A stretch of DNA of 64,000 bases from an uncultured delta proteobacterium (lineage in GTDB: Bacteria > Desulfobacterota > Binatia > HRBIN30 > BPIQ01). A model generated the notes under the pieces. The model did no database searches. It had not been told where the DNA came from and saw only the letters and a program-made list of their open reading frames with translations. Location: the NCBI GenBank assembly GCA_963761335.1, contig CAVXGR010000021.1:96001-160000 (forward strand), in the 5' to 3' direction. Below, in pieces: positions 23,501-32,138 of this stretch; position 1 is the first letter of the stretch; each line of letters starts with the position of its first letter. A program made the position numbers and the translations under genes.

Positions 23501-24085
23501 ACGGAGACGGCGAGCCCGACGATCACCGAAACCGGGACGGTGACATCGACGCCGACGGTGACGCCGACGTCGACGCCTCTCGGCGGCTGCAGCAGCGGTT
23601 CGTCGATGCAGCGGGCGGTGCTCAAGGTCCGCAGGGACCGCGACCCGGCTGGTGACGAGAGGCTCGTTCTCCAGGGCGAGGCCACCTTCTCGACTCCGCT
23701 CGATCCGCATGCCGACGGGCTCAGCTTTGCGGTCGCCGGCGCCAGCGGTGATCTCCTCTACAGCCGTACCGTGCCGGCGGGCTTCTGGTCGGTGAACGGC
23801 CGCGGTACTCGCTGGCAGTACAGGGAGCAGACCGGCACTCTGGCCGGCGGCATCGTCAAGGTGATCGTCATCGACAAGAGCAACCGAGCGCCGGGCCTCT
23901 ACAAGTTCAAGATCGTCGGTCGCGACAGCGACTTCCAGATCGACCCGGGGCAGCTGCCGGTTCATTTCGAGGTCAGGCTGGGAGCCGCGGCGAGCCAGTG
24001 TGCCGCGCAGGCGTTCAACCCGGATGGGGCGGCGCGCCCGGCCTGTCGCATCTCGAGAAATCTCAACACGGTCACCTGCCGGTGA
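20516..24085 (+). CDS. Secreted YVTN/YncE beta-propeller plus di-heme cytochrome c (CcP/MauG-like) protein, Thr/Pro linker and C-terminal domain (paralog 1)
   Basis: Signal peptide; propeller blades (SPDG..LFAVNT, VWVVNHLSDS); heme motifs CSSCH and CVGCH; KGPMTTQTLRG..HWRGDR; FKVAQLRN..FLHDGS. Confidence 0.85.
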   Translation: MRLTTTCAYLGLLLALTAGESGAVGSFVTFESGQVRPLAMSPDGNTLFAVNTPDDRLETFSVDSFGLTHTGSVPVGMEPVAVAARTNTEVWVVNHLSDSISIVDMSLVPPRVIRTLLVGDEPRDIVFAGAAHDRAFITTAHRGQNDPIDPQLTTPGVGRADVWVFDAINLGLSLGGDPLTIITLFADTPRALAVTPDGSTVYAASFLSGNETTAVSEGAVCDTSDANVNNEVVELACSIQGVTMPGGLPLPHHNSAGDRAPEVGLIVKYDGSHWVDQLGRSWDNAVKFSLPDEDVFSINANATPPAQTGFFTHVGTMLFNMAVNPVNGKVYVTNGESRNEVRFEGPGITSTTVQGHLAEYRITVLDGANVLPRHLNKQIDYNVRPAPLGVKDDSLATPLQMAITSDGQTLYVAAFGSSKIGIFNTAQLENDTFTPSAANHIPVSGGGPSGIVLDEARQRLYVLTRFDNGIAVIDTATHNEIDHLSLFNPEPPSVVNGRPFLYDAYFTSSNGEASCSSCHVFGDFDNLAWDLGNPDDVMIPNPLTKKLQQVAQLQGTNVDFDNFHPMKGPMTTQTLRGLKNHGTMHWRGDRVNQNGNVYDSDVAFRNFRVAFPGLVGRDSQIPESDMQAFSDFALQIIQPPNPIRALDNSLTADQQAGKNFMTGSRRADGIFVGGGTGFNCVGCHVLDASNGFFGTNGDQSFENETQVFKVAQLRNMYQKVGMFGMPGVDFFSNHSGENNFMGPQIRGFGFLHDGSVDTVFRFLHASVFDDGGTFNPVGFNGGDTQRRQVEQFILAFDSDLAPIVGQQVTLTSTNAAAVSARISLLEQRAGAAFVLKGMPGATECDLVVKGVVAGEMRGWVRTAAGTFQSDRAAESPLTDAQLRALAATPGEDLTFTAVPPGSGVRTGIDRDEDGYLDRDEIDAGSDPADAASIPGSVPSPTPTATTTATATASTTMTSTPVLTPTITSTPMDTGTPTITSTPGDTPTVTPPLPTSTETASPTITETGTVTSTPTVTPTSTPLGGCSSGSSMQRAVLKVRRDRDPAGDERLVLQGEATFSTPLDPHADGLSFAVAGASGDLLYSRTVPAGFWSVNGRGTRWQYREQTGTLAGGIVKVIVIDKSNRAPGLYKFKIVGRDSDFQIDPGQLPVHFEVRLGAAASQCAAQAFNPDGAARPACRISRNLNTVTCR

Positions 24086-24107
24086 CCGGAAGGACATAGG
24101 ATAGCCG

Positions 24108-27100
24108 ATGCGCGTTTTCCCTTGGCGGAAGCTTCTGCTGGCGCTGACGATACTCGGGCTGGGCGCGGCGATTCCCGCCGGTGCGCAGTCGTTCGTCACC
24201 TTCGAGAGCGGCCAGGTGCGGCCGCTGGCCCTCTCCCCGAACGGGAGCCAGCTGCTCGCCGTCGATACACCCGACAACACCCTGGAGACCTTCGACGTCG
24301 CCCCCGGAGGGGTGACGCACGCCGGCTCGATCCCGGTCGGGCTCGAGCCGGTCGCCGTGGCCTTCCGCGGCGATACCGAGGCGTGGGTGGTGAATCACCT
24401 CTCCGACAGCGTCAGCATCGTCGACCTGTCGCTGACCCCGCCGCGGGTCGTGCGCACCCTGCTGGTCGGCGACGAGCCGCGCGACATCGTCTTTGCCGGG
24501 CCGGGCGGCAACCGCGCCTTCATCACCACGGCGCATCGCGGACAGAACAGCCCCATCGATCCGCAGCTGACGACCGAGGGTGTCGGTCGGGCCGATGTCT
24601 GGGTCTTCGACGCCACGGCGCTCGGCTCCTCACTCGGCGGCGACCCGCTCACCATCGTCACCCTCTTCGGCGACACGCCGCGGGCGCTGACGGTGAGCCC
24701 CGACGGCAACACGGTGTACGCCGCCATCTTCGAATCCGGAAACCAGACGACCTCCGTCTCCGAAGGCGCCGTGTGCAACACCAGCGCGACGCGCATCAAT
24801 AACGGCACCGTCCAGCCGGCGTGCAGCATCTTCGGCGTGACCATGCCGGGAGGCCTGCCGCTGCCGCACAAGAACATCGAGGGCATTGCCGCGCCGGAGA
24901 CCGGCCTGATCGTCAAGTACGACCCGACGCTCAGCCGCTGGAACGACAACATCGGCCGCAACTGGAACAACGCCGTCGACTTCTCGCTGCCCGACGACGA
25001 CGTGTTCACCATCGACGCCAGCGCCGCGACGCCGGTGGAGACGGGCGCCTTTCCCCACGTCGGCACCATCCTGTTCAACATGATCGCCAACCCGGTCACC
25101 GGCAACGTCTACGTCACCAACACCGACGCCCGCAACGAGGTGCGCTTCGAGGGCACCGGCATCCTCGGCGGCAGCAGCGTCCGCGGTCATCTGCACGAGG
25201 CGCGGGTCACCGTGCTCGACATCGCCCACGGCGGCGTGGTGGTGCCCCGGCATCTCAACAAGCAAATCAACTACGCCGTGGTGCCCAGCCCCCCCGGGGT
25301 GAAGGAGCTGAGCCTGGCGACACCGATGGGGCTGGCCATCGACAGCGCCGGCGCCACGCTGTACGTGGCCGCCTTCGGCTCCAGCAAGATCGGCGTCTAC
25401 GACGTCTCCAGCCTGGAGGATGACAGCTTCGATCCGGCGACCGTGCCGCAGATCTCGGTCAGCGGTGGCGGGCCGTCCGGTCTCATCCTGGACGAGGCCA
25501 ACGGCCGACTGTACGCGCTGACCCGCTTCAACGACGCGGTCGCGGTGATCGACACCGGCAGCAAGCTCGAGATCGACAGCCTGCCGCTGCACAACCCGGA
25601 GCCGCCCTCGGTGGTGCAGGGGCGACCGTTCCTCTACGACGCCGAGCTCACCTCGAGCAACGGCGAGGCCTCCTGCGGCGGCTGCCACGTGTTCGGCGAC
25701 TTCGACAGCCTGGCCTGGGACCTCGGCGACCCCGACAGCAACGTCATCACCAACGTCAACCCCTTTCGGGTCGCGCAGCCGCCCGCGGGGTTGCCGGTCA
25801 TCCAGTCGTTCCCCGATCACCATCCGATGAAGGGGCCGATGACGACACAGAGCCTGCGCGGCCTCGCCAACGCCGGCCCGATGCACTGGCGGGGGGACCG
25901 CTCCGGCGGCAACGATCCGGGCGGAGATCCGCTGGACGAGGACGCCGCCTTCAAGCACTTCAACGTCGCCTTTGCCGGCCTGCTGGGGCGCAGCGGTCCG
26001 CTGACCGCCGACGAGATGCAGAAGTTCACCGACTTCGCCCTGCAGATCACCTACCCGCCCAACCCGATTCGGGCTCTCGACAACTCACTTACCCCGGACG
26101 AGCAGGCGGGTCGCGACTTCTTCATGCACCCCCCTTCGCAGCCGTCGGACGTGTTCCAACCCTGCCATGGCTGCCACCAGCTCGATCCGGCGCAGGGCTT
26201 CTTCGGCACCGACGGGTTCTCCAGCTTCGAGAACGAGCCGCAGCAGCTCAAGATCGCGCATCTGCGCAACGCCTACCAGAAGGTCGGCATGTTCGGCATG
26301 CCCGATGTGGCATTCTTCAATCAGAGGACGACCGGGTTTCTCGGACCCCAGGTCCGCGGCTTCGGATTCCTGCACGACGGCAGCGTCGATACCGTCTTTC
26401 GCTTCCTCAACGCCGTCGTCTTCAACCAGCACCAGTTCGTCATCAATCTCGGCGGCTTTCCCGACGGTCCGAGCGGCGGCGATCCGTCGGCGGGGGACCC
26501 GCTGCGGCGCCAGGTGGAGTCGTTCATCCTCGCCTTCGACAGCAACCTCAAGCCGATCGTCGGACAGCAGATCACGTTGACCGACACCAACGCGGCCACG
26601 GTAGGAGCGCGCATCGACCTGCTCTTGACGGGCGCCGCGGCCGGCGACTGCGACGTCGCCGTAAAGGGGGTCGTCAACGGCGCGCAGCGCGGCTGGTACC
26701 GCCTCGCCGACGGCAGCTTCCAGAGCGATCGCGCTGCGGAGGCGCCGATCACCGACACGCAGCTGCGCCTGCTGGCGGCCACCCCGGGCCAGGACCTCAC
26801 CTACACCGCGGTTCCGGTGGGCTCCGGCCAGCGCATCGGCGTGAATCGCGACGGCGACTGTGCCTTCGATGGCGACGAGATCGACAGCGGTACCAATCCG
26901 GCGAGCGGCGTCGCGGTGATCATGTCGAAGCCGAAGCTGCGGGTGGCCCGCGACCTGGCACCGGCCGGAGACGAGAGGTTCGCCCTCAGAGGCAATCTGG
27001 AGCTGTGCAACGCCTCGGTCACGGTCGATCCGCTCACCGACGGCTTCAGCTTCACCGTCTCCGACAGCAGCGGCACGCCGATCTTCACGCGCGTCATCCC

Positions 27101-27446
27101 GCCGGGCGCGGCGCCGACTTCGCACGATCCGGGCTGGAAGGTGAATGGGAAGGGCACGCGTTGGGTCTTCAAGGACAAGACCGGCCTCGTCGCCGGCGGC
27201 GTCGTCCGCGTCGTCGTCATCGACAAGACGGCCCACCAGCCCGGACTCTACAAGATCAAGGTGGTCGGCAAGCGGGGCAACTTCCAGGTCGACCCGAACG
27301 ATCTGCCGCTGCGCGCCACCGCTGTCGTCGACACCGTCGATCCCTGCCTGAGCAAGCTCTGCGGCCAGGTCGCCTTCAACGCCGATGGCCAGCCGCGCCC
27401 GGCGTGCGCCGCCAAGAACGGAGGCAAGACGATCCTCTGCCGGTGA
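24108..27446 (+). CDS. Secreted YVTN/YncE beta-propeller plus di-heme cytochrome c protein with C-terminal domain (paralog 2)
   Basis: Colinear with paralog 1 (FVTFESGQVRPLA start); heme motifs CGGCH and CHGCH; lacks the Thr/Pro linker. Confidence 0.85.
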   Translation: MRVFPWRKLLLALTILGLGAAIPAGAQSFVTFESGQVRPLALSPNGSQLLAVDTPDNTLETFDVAPGGVTHAGSIPVGLEPVAVAFRGDTEAWVVNHLSDSVSIVDLSLTPPRVVRTLLVGDEPRDIVFAGPGGNRAFITTAHRGQNSPIDPQLTTEGVGRADVWVFDATALGSSLGGDPLTIVTLFGDTPRALTVSPDGNTVYAAIFESGNQTTSVSEGAVCNTSATRINNGTVQPACSIFGVTMPGGLPLPHKNIEGIAAPETGLIVKYDPTLSRWNDNIGRNWNNAVDFSLPDDDVFTIDASAATPVETGAFPHVGTILFNMIANPVTGNVYVTNTDARNEVRFEGTGILGGSSVRGHLHEARVTVLDIAHGGVVVPRHLNKQINYAVVPSPPGVKELSLATPMGLAIDSAGATLYVAAFGSSKIGVYDVSSLEDDSFDPATVPQISVSGGGPSGLILDEANGRLYALTRFNDAVAVIDTGSKLEIDSLPLHNPEPPSVVQGRPFLYDAELTSSNGEASCGGCHVFGDFDSLAWDLGDPDSNVITNVNPFRVAQPPAGLPVIQSFPDHHPMKGPMTTQSLRGLANAGPMHWRGDRSGGNDPGGDPLDEDAAFKHFNVAFAGLLGRSGPLTADEMQKFTDFALQITYPPNPIRALDNSLTPDEQAGRDFFMHPPSQPSDVFQPCHGCHQLDPAQGFFGTDGFSSFENEPQQLKIAHLRNAYQKVGMFGMPDVAFFNQRTTGFLGPQVRGFGFLHDGSVDTVFRFLNAVVFNQHQFVINLGGFPDGPSGGDPSAGDPLRRQVESFILAFDSNLKPIVGQQITLTDTNAATVGARIDLLLTGAAAGDCDVAVKGVVNGAQRGWYRLADGSFQSDRAAEAPITDTQLRLLAATPGQDLTYTAVPVGSGQRIGVNRDGDCAFDGDEIDSGTNPASGVAVIMSKPKLRVARDLAPAGDERFALRGNLELCNASVTVDPLTDGFSFTVSDSSGTPIFTRVIPPGAAPTSHDPGWKVNGKGTRWVFKDKTGLVAGGVVRVVVIDKTAHQPGLYKIKVVGKRGNFQVDPNDLPLRATAVVDTVDPCLSKLCGQVAFNADGQPRPACAAKNGGKTILCR

Positions 27447-27448
27447 AG

Positions 27449-27800
27449 TGGTAGCTCCGGGCTCGGTCTTCGCCCCGGGGCTACACGCCCGCGCCCCTCC
27501 GGGGCGGATGATCGGGGCTTGCCGGAACGTCTTCCCCGGGTCGCACCGGGGGAAGGTTCAACGCGAGGAACCGGCGCGTCTTGGGGATCGCGCCGCGGAG
27601 CGGCGCGGGCATGTAGCCCCGGGTGACAGAGGCTGTCCCAAAACCAGAGTAGAAGCGCCATCCCGGCGCTTTCCGAAGCGGCGAGACGCCGCTTCTACCT
27701 TGGCCCGCGGGCCGGCGGAATCGTTTTGCCCGGGTTCTGAGACAGCCTCGACAACCCGGGAGAAGGGCGTCGGCCTTGCCCGATGCGCCCCACAGGGCGC
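27449..27800. repeat. GTAGCCCCGGG REP cluster, one unit interrupted by a MITE
   Basis: gccccggggctacacgcccgcgcccctccggggcg (27472-27506) and gcatgtagccccgggtgaca[MITE]gacaacccggg belong to the same family as 12581-12849. Confidence 0.8.
27629..27749. mobile_element. 121-bp MITE with GAGGCTGTC terminal inverted repeats and a 4-bp GACA target duplication
   Basis: Ends GAGGCTGTCCCAAAACC / GGTTCTGAGACAGCCTC; GACA at 27625-27628 and 27750-27753; near-identical inverted copy at 33439-33558. Confidence 0.85.
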
Positions 27801-27825
27801 GGGGCCCTTTCGAACAGCCCGTGTC

Positions 27826-28245
27826 TTACTGCCAGCCGATGGGGTCGTAGCCGCGTTCGCGCAGGCAGCGTTCGACGAAGTTGCGGTAGACCGGGCTGGG
27901 CTCGTGGGTCTTGAAGAGGCCGCCGAGCAATCCGGCGGTCGCGCCCGAGGCGGCGCCGACCGCGGCGCCGCGACCGGCATCGCCGGTAACCGCGCCGCCG
28001 GCGGCCCCGATCGCCGCGCCAGCCCCAGCTCCCACCGCCGTGCCCGTGGCGACCTCCGCCGCCTGGCCGCCGCCGGCGGAGACGAACTGCTCGGCGCGGC
28101 GCATGCAGTCGTCGATGTCGCGCTCGGCCGTGGCGTTGCCGACGCGGTCGAGCTGGGCGTTGGGGTAGAGCACCGGACGCTGCGCCGAGCAGCCCGCGAG
28201 GAGACCGCCGGCGAGCAGAAGAGGGAGAAGCGTGCGTGATCTCAT
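27826..28245 (-). CDS. Glycine-zipper lipoprotein
   Basis: Lipobox LLAGC; GTAVGAGAGAAIGAAGGAV..GAAVGAASGATAG; ends CLRERGYDPIGWQ. Confidence 0.85.
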   Translation of the reverse strand: MRSRTLLPLLLAGGLLAGCSAQRPVLYPNAQLDRVGNATAERDIDDCMRRAEQFVSAGGGQAAEVATGTAVGAGAGAAIGAAGGAVTGDAGRGAAVGAASGATAGLLGGLFKTHEPSPVYRNFVERCLRERGYDPIGWQ

Positions 28246-28336
28246 ATGATCAATCATACCGGATTGATCTGCCCAAGCGACGTGCATGCGGATGCCGTTT
28301 GGTATCGACGTGCCGGTGCGCGATCTCCATCGCCGC

Positions 28337-29110
28337 CTAGCGCGGCGGCATGCGGATGGCGCCGTCGAGGCGGATGGTCTCGCCGTTCAGGTAGGCGTTC
28401 TCGACGATGTGGCGCGCCAGCGCCGCGAACTCCGCCGGCTGGCCGAGGCGCGAGGGGAAGGGGATGTTGGCGGCGAGGGCCTGGCGTTGCGGGTCCGGTA
28501 GCATGGCCAGCATGGGCGTGTCGAAGGTGCCCGGTGCGATGGTCATGATGCGGATGCCGAGCGAGGCGAGATCGCGGGCGATGGGCAGGGTCATGGCGAC
28601 CACGCCGCCCTTGGAGGCGGAGTACGCCGCCTGGCCGATCTGCCCGTCGAAAGCGGCCGCCGAGGCGGTGTTGATGATGACGCCGCGCTCGCCGCCGTCG
28701 TTGGGAGCGTTCTTGGCCATCTGCGCCGCCGCCAGGCGGGTGACGTTGAAGGTGCCGATGAGGTTGATCTCGATCACCTTGGTGAAGATCTCCAGGGGCA
28801 TCGGCCCCTGCTTGCTCACCGTGCGCATGGCGGCGCCGACGCCGGCGCAGTTCACGGCGACGTGGACGGTGCCGAAGCGCTCGGCGGCCTTGCCGACGGC
28901 GGCCTCCACCTCGGCGGCGTTGGTGACGTCCGCGGGCGTGAACAGGCCGAGGTCGCCGAGCGACTTGGCCACCTCCTCGCCATTGGACTGCGGCCGGTCG
29001 ACGATCACCGCCCGCGCCCCGCCGGCGACCAGGGTGCGCACCGTCGCCTCTCCCAGTCCGGAGGCGCCACCGGTCACCAGGGCGACGATCCCTTCGAGCT
29101 TCATGTGCAA
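28337..29110 (-). CDS. SDR-family type II 3-hydroxyacyl-CoA dehydrogenase (HSD17B10-like)
   Basis: [55 protein letters not shown]. Confidence 0.93.
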   Translation of the reverse strand: MHMKLEGIVALVTGGASGLGEATVRTLVAGGARAVIVDRPQSNGEEVAKSLGDLGLFTPADVTNAAEVEAAVGKAAERFGTVHVAVNCAGVGAAMRTVSKQGPMPLEIFTKVIEINLIGTFNVTRLAAAQMAKNAPNDGGERGVIINTASAAAFDGQIGQAAYSASKGGVVAMTLPIARDLASLGIRIMTIAPGTFDTPMLAMLPDPQRQALAANIPFPSRLGQPAEFAALARHIVENAYLNGETIRLDGAIRMPPR

Positions 29111-29150
29111 TCCTCCTCGTGTGCGAAATCGGGAGCCAGCGGCCCGCGAA

Positions 29151-30287
29151 TCAGCTTTTCAAGTCGTACAGCTCGATGCAGTTTCCGGCGAGGATGGCGC
29201 CGCGTTCCCCGGCATCGACTCCCTGGAACATCTCGTCGATCACCTTGCGGGAGTAGGGCCAGTCGGCGCCGTGGTGCGGGTAGTCGGTCGACCACATCAT
29301 GTTGCCAACGCCGATGGCGTGGCGGTTGCGCACGCCGTAGAAGTCGATGATGAAGGTGGCCATCCAGTTGCGGCGGAAGTACTCGCTGGGAACGCGCTGC
29401 AGCGTGCTCTTCGCCCAGGAGCGATTGCGCCAGTAGCGGTCGTCCATCTGCTCGAGGAAGTACGGGATCCAGCCGGCGCCGCACTCCACGCCCACCATCC
29501 GCAGGCTCGGAAACTTGTCGAACAGTCCCCAGAAGATGGTCTCGCCGATGATCAGCGGCATGGTGGTGAGCCCGGCGGCGCTGAAGCCGGTGAGCGCCGC
29601 CTTGCCGACGCGGGCGATGCTGCCGATCTTTTCCTGCTGCTGGCCGCGGTGCACGAGGCTGATGTGGACGCTGACGGGAATGCCGAGGCGCTCGGCCTCG
29701 GTCCAGAAGGGATCGCAGTCGTCGTCGAGGAAGGGCTTTCCCGAGGGCCAGCTGGAGATCACCACGCCGCGGAGACCCAGGTCGCGGCAGCGCTTCATCT
29801 CCGCCACCGCGGTGTCGACGCCGAGGTTCGGAATCTGACCCTGCCCGACGAAATGCTGCGGCGCCTTGGCGACGAAGTCCTTGGCGAGCCAGTCGTTGTA
29901 GGCCTGCACCCCGGCGAGGTGGAAGTCCTTGTCCTCGTCCAGCATGAAGTGGCGCATGGTGCGCTGCGGCGGGTAGATCACCTCCGCCTGGATGCCGTCC
30001 TCCTGCATTTCCTTGACGCGCGCCAGCGCCTCGAAGCACCCCTGGTTGATGGTGTCGTAGCGCGAGCCGCCCCAGCGCAGCTGGTCATAGCTCTTGCCCG
30101 GGGTCTTGGTCACCAGACCGATGGTCGCCGGCTTGCCGCCGTCGTGAAAGTCCCAGGCGTCGCCGCCCTCGTCGTCTTTGACCAGCTTTGGAGCCCGCTT
30201 CTGGAACTCCGAAGCGAGCCATTTCTCCCACAGATCGGGTGGCTCGACGATGTGCGAGTCGGCGGAGACGATCTCGTAGCGCTGCAT
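29151..30287 (-). CDS. Amidohydrolase_2 family protein
   Basis: [31 protein letters not shown]. Confidence 0.92.
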   Translation of the reverse strand: MQRYEIVSADSHIVEPPDLWEKWLASEFQKRAPKLVKDDEGGDAWDFHDGGKPATIGLVTKTPGKSYDQLRWGGSRYDTINQGCFEALARVKEMQEDGIQAEVIYPPQRTMRHFMLDEDKDFHLAGVQAYNDWLAKDFVAKAPQHFVGQGQIPNLGVDTAVAEMKRCRDLGLRGVVISSWPSGKPFLDDDCDPFWTEAERLGIPVSVHISLVHRGQQQEKIGSIARVGKAALTGFSAAGLTTMPLIIGETIFWGLFDKFPSLRMVGVECGAGWIPYFLEQMDDRYWRNRSWAKSTLQRVPSEYFRRNWMATFIIDFYGVRNRHAIGVGNMMWSTDYPHHGADWPYSRKVIDEMFQGVDAGERGAILAGNCIELYDLKS

Positions 30288-30305
30288 TGGGGCGGACCTC
30301 CTTCT

Positions 30306-30323
30306 GGTTAACGATCGTTAACC
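30306..30323. promoter_or_regulatory. Perfect 18-bp palindromic operator candidate GGTTAACGATCGTTAACC
   Basis: It lies between a minus-strand TTGACG (30352-30347) and the amidohydrolase start. A related site is at 36983-37000. Confidence 0.7.
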
Positions 30324-30380
30324 TCGTACCAGACGGGCAGACCGGTCGTCAAGCGGGTCCTGGGGGGCCGGGCAGGGGGT

Positions 30381-30615
30381 GAACCGCAGAGGCGCGGAGG
30401 ACGCAGAGGGAAGAGGGACCGCCAAGGCGCCGAGGACGCCAAGAGAAGATCGCCAAGGGGAAAAGGGGCCGGGCCACTCCAGACGCTCCTGCCGGATAAC
30501 AGGTCTTTGCCGATCACAGCGAGTGGCCCGGCCCCTTTTCCTCTCGGTGTCCTTTCTTTGCGTCTTGGTGCCTTGGCGGTTTCTCTTCTCTGCGCTCTCT
30601 GCGCCTCTGCGGTTC
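30381..30615. mobile_element. ~235-bp nested palindromic element, copy 1
   Basis: Arms built of AACCGCAGAG.., CGCCAAGGCGCC.. and a perfect 20-bp inner IR (30460-30479 / 30521-30540); homologous to 36724-36948. Confidence 0.8.
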
Positions 30616-30666
30616 GTCCCCCGCCCCGGGTTTCCACCCGCCTGACAACTGTGTTACCGAGGTTCG

Positions 30667-31470
30667 ATGGCTGACTTCGAGACGGTGCGCTTCGAGGTGC
30701 GGGAGCGGGTGGCGACGATCACGCTCAATCGCCCGGAGAGGAAGAACGCGATGAATCAGCAGCTCAAAGACGAGCTGCGCTCCTGCTGGCAGCGGGTGAA
30801 GGCCGACCCGGACATCTGGGTGGCGATCATCACCGGCGCCGGGACGGCGTTCTCGAGCGGCGCCGACGTCGAGTCGCTGGCGACCGGCGGCTTCGTCAAG
30901 CCCGATCGCTGGCGCGAGCTGGCGATGATCGAGGGAATCGTCGAGCTGCCGACGCCGCGCCGGCAGCGGGTCCATAAGCCCGTCATCGCTGCGGTCAACG
31001 GGGTGGTCGCCGGCTTCTCTCTCGATCTGGTCACCGAGTCCGACATTCCCATCGCCTCGGAGCAGGCATCCTTCGTCGACCCGCACGTATCGATCGGCTA
31101 CGTCTCCTCCCACGAGATGGTGAACATGGCCCGGCGCGTGCCGGTGGCCGTCTGCCTGCGCATGGCGCTGCTCGGCAGTCGCGAGCGCATGAGCGCGCAG
31201 CGCGCCTACGAGGTGGGGTTGGTGACCGAGGTCGTGCCGCACGACAAGCTCATGGATCGCGCCCGCGAGCTCGCCGAGATGGTGCTCAGCAACTCGCCGC
31301 TGGCGGTGTGGGGCACGAAGATGGCCATTCTCCAGGGCCTCGGGCTGCCGATCCCGCAAGCCGAGGAGATCGCCGCCGGATACCTCGAGGTCGTCGAGCA
31401 GTCCGAAGATCACAGCGAAGGCCCGCGCTCTTTCGTCGAGAAGCGCAAGCCGGCGTGGAAAGCGCGGTGA
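30667..31470 (+). CDS. Enoyl-CoA hydratase/isomerase
   Basis: ITLNRPERKNAM, AFSSGAD, KPVIAAVNG, EGPRSFVEKRKPAWKAR. Confidence 0.93.
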   Translation: MADFETVRFEVRERVATITLNRPERKNAMNQQLKDELRSCWQRVKADPDIWVAIITGAGTAFSSGADVESLATGGFVKPDRWRELAMIEGIVELPTPRRQRVHKPVIAAVNGVVAGFSLDLVTESDIPIASEQASFVDPHVSIGYVSSHEMVNMARRVPVAVCLRMALLGSRERMSAQRAYEVGLVTEVVPHDKLMDRARELAEMVLSNSPLAVWGTKMAILQGLGLPIPQAEEIAAGYLEVVEQSEDHSEGPRSFVEKRKPAWKAR

Positions 31471-31519
31471 CCGCTGGGACCGCGGCCGCCCCGGCCGCAT
31501 CCTTCTTCGGTGCATGCCC

Positions 31520-32044
31520 ATGTCCATCCTGAAGATCCTCGGCATCGGCGGCAACGATGATTCGCAGCCCCGCAATCGCCTGGCGGTCGAGATTCGCGAG
31601 CGACTCGACGAGCTCACCCCCGAGCGCGCCAACTTCGTCGCCTGCTTCGCCGGCCTGCTGGTGCGCGTCGCCCGCGCCGATCAGCAGATCTCCGACGCCG
31701 AGCGGGCCGCGCTGCGGCGCCTGATCGCCGAGCAGGCCGGCCTCTCCGGTGACGAGTCGGCGAAGGTGGCGGAGATCGTCACCCACCACGCCCTCGATCT
31801 GGCGGGTATCGAGTACGCGCAGCTGACCCGCAGCTTCAACGAGATCGCCAGCGACGAGGAGAAGCTGCGGCTGATCGACTGCCTCTACGCCATCGCCACC
31901 GCCGAGAGCCCGGTCTCCGTGGTCGAGGAGGAGGAGATCCGCGCCGTCGCCAACGCTCTCCTGCTGTCGCACAGCCAGTTCATCGGCGTGCGCCTGCGTT
32001 ACCGCGACCAGCTCGAGGTGATGCAGAGCCTCCGCCGCCGCTGA
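31520..32044 (+). CDS. TerB-family (tellurite-resistance-like) protein
   Basis: LLVRVARADQQISDAE...LIDCLYAIATA...EEEEIRAVANALLL. Confidence 0.85.
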   Translation: MSILKILGIGGNDDSQPRNRLAVEIRERLDELTPERANFVACFAGLLVRVARADQQISDAERAALRRLIAEQAGLSGDESAKVAEIVTHHALDLAGIEYAQLTRSFNEIASDEEKLRLIDCLYAIATAESPVSVVEEEEIRAVANALLLSHSQFIGVRLRYRDQLEVMQSLRRR

Positions 32045-32062
32045 CGCCCTTGAGAGCGCGGC

Positions 32063-32137
32063 CGGGGACAGGCAACTTTTGCGGCCGAATCCGCAGCGGC
32101 CCGGCGATCCTCGAGCCGCAAAAGTAGCCTGTCCCCG
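32063..32137. repeat. GGGGACAGGC-terminated inverted-repeat element
   Basis: cggggacaggcaacttttgcggc / gccgcaaaagtagcctgtccccg (23 bp, 1 mismatch), between convergent terB and P450 stops. Confidence 0.85.
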
Positions 32138-32138
32138 T

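Noticed and set aside
23320..23580. Repetitive ACG/CCG-rich DNA
   Set aside because: It is explained by the Thr/Pro linker of the protein.
20516..27446. Hydrazine synthase / anammox assignment
   Set aside because: Only the fold architecture is analogous. There is no hzsA, hao/hdh or other anammox context.
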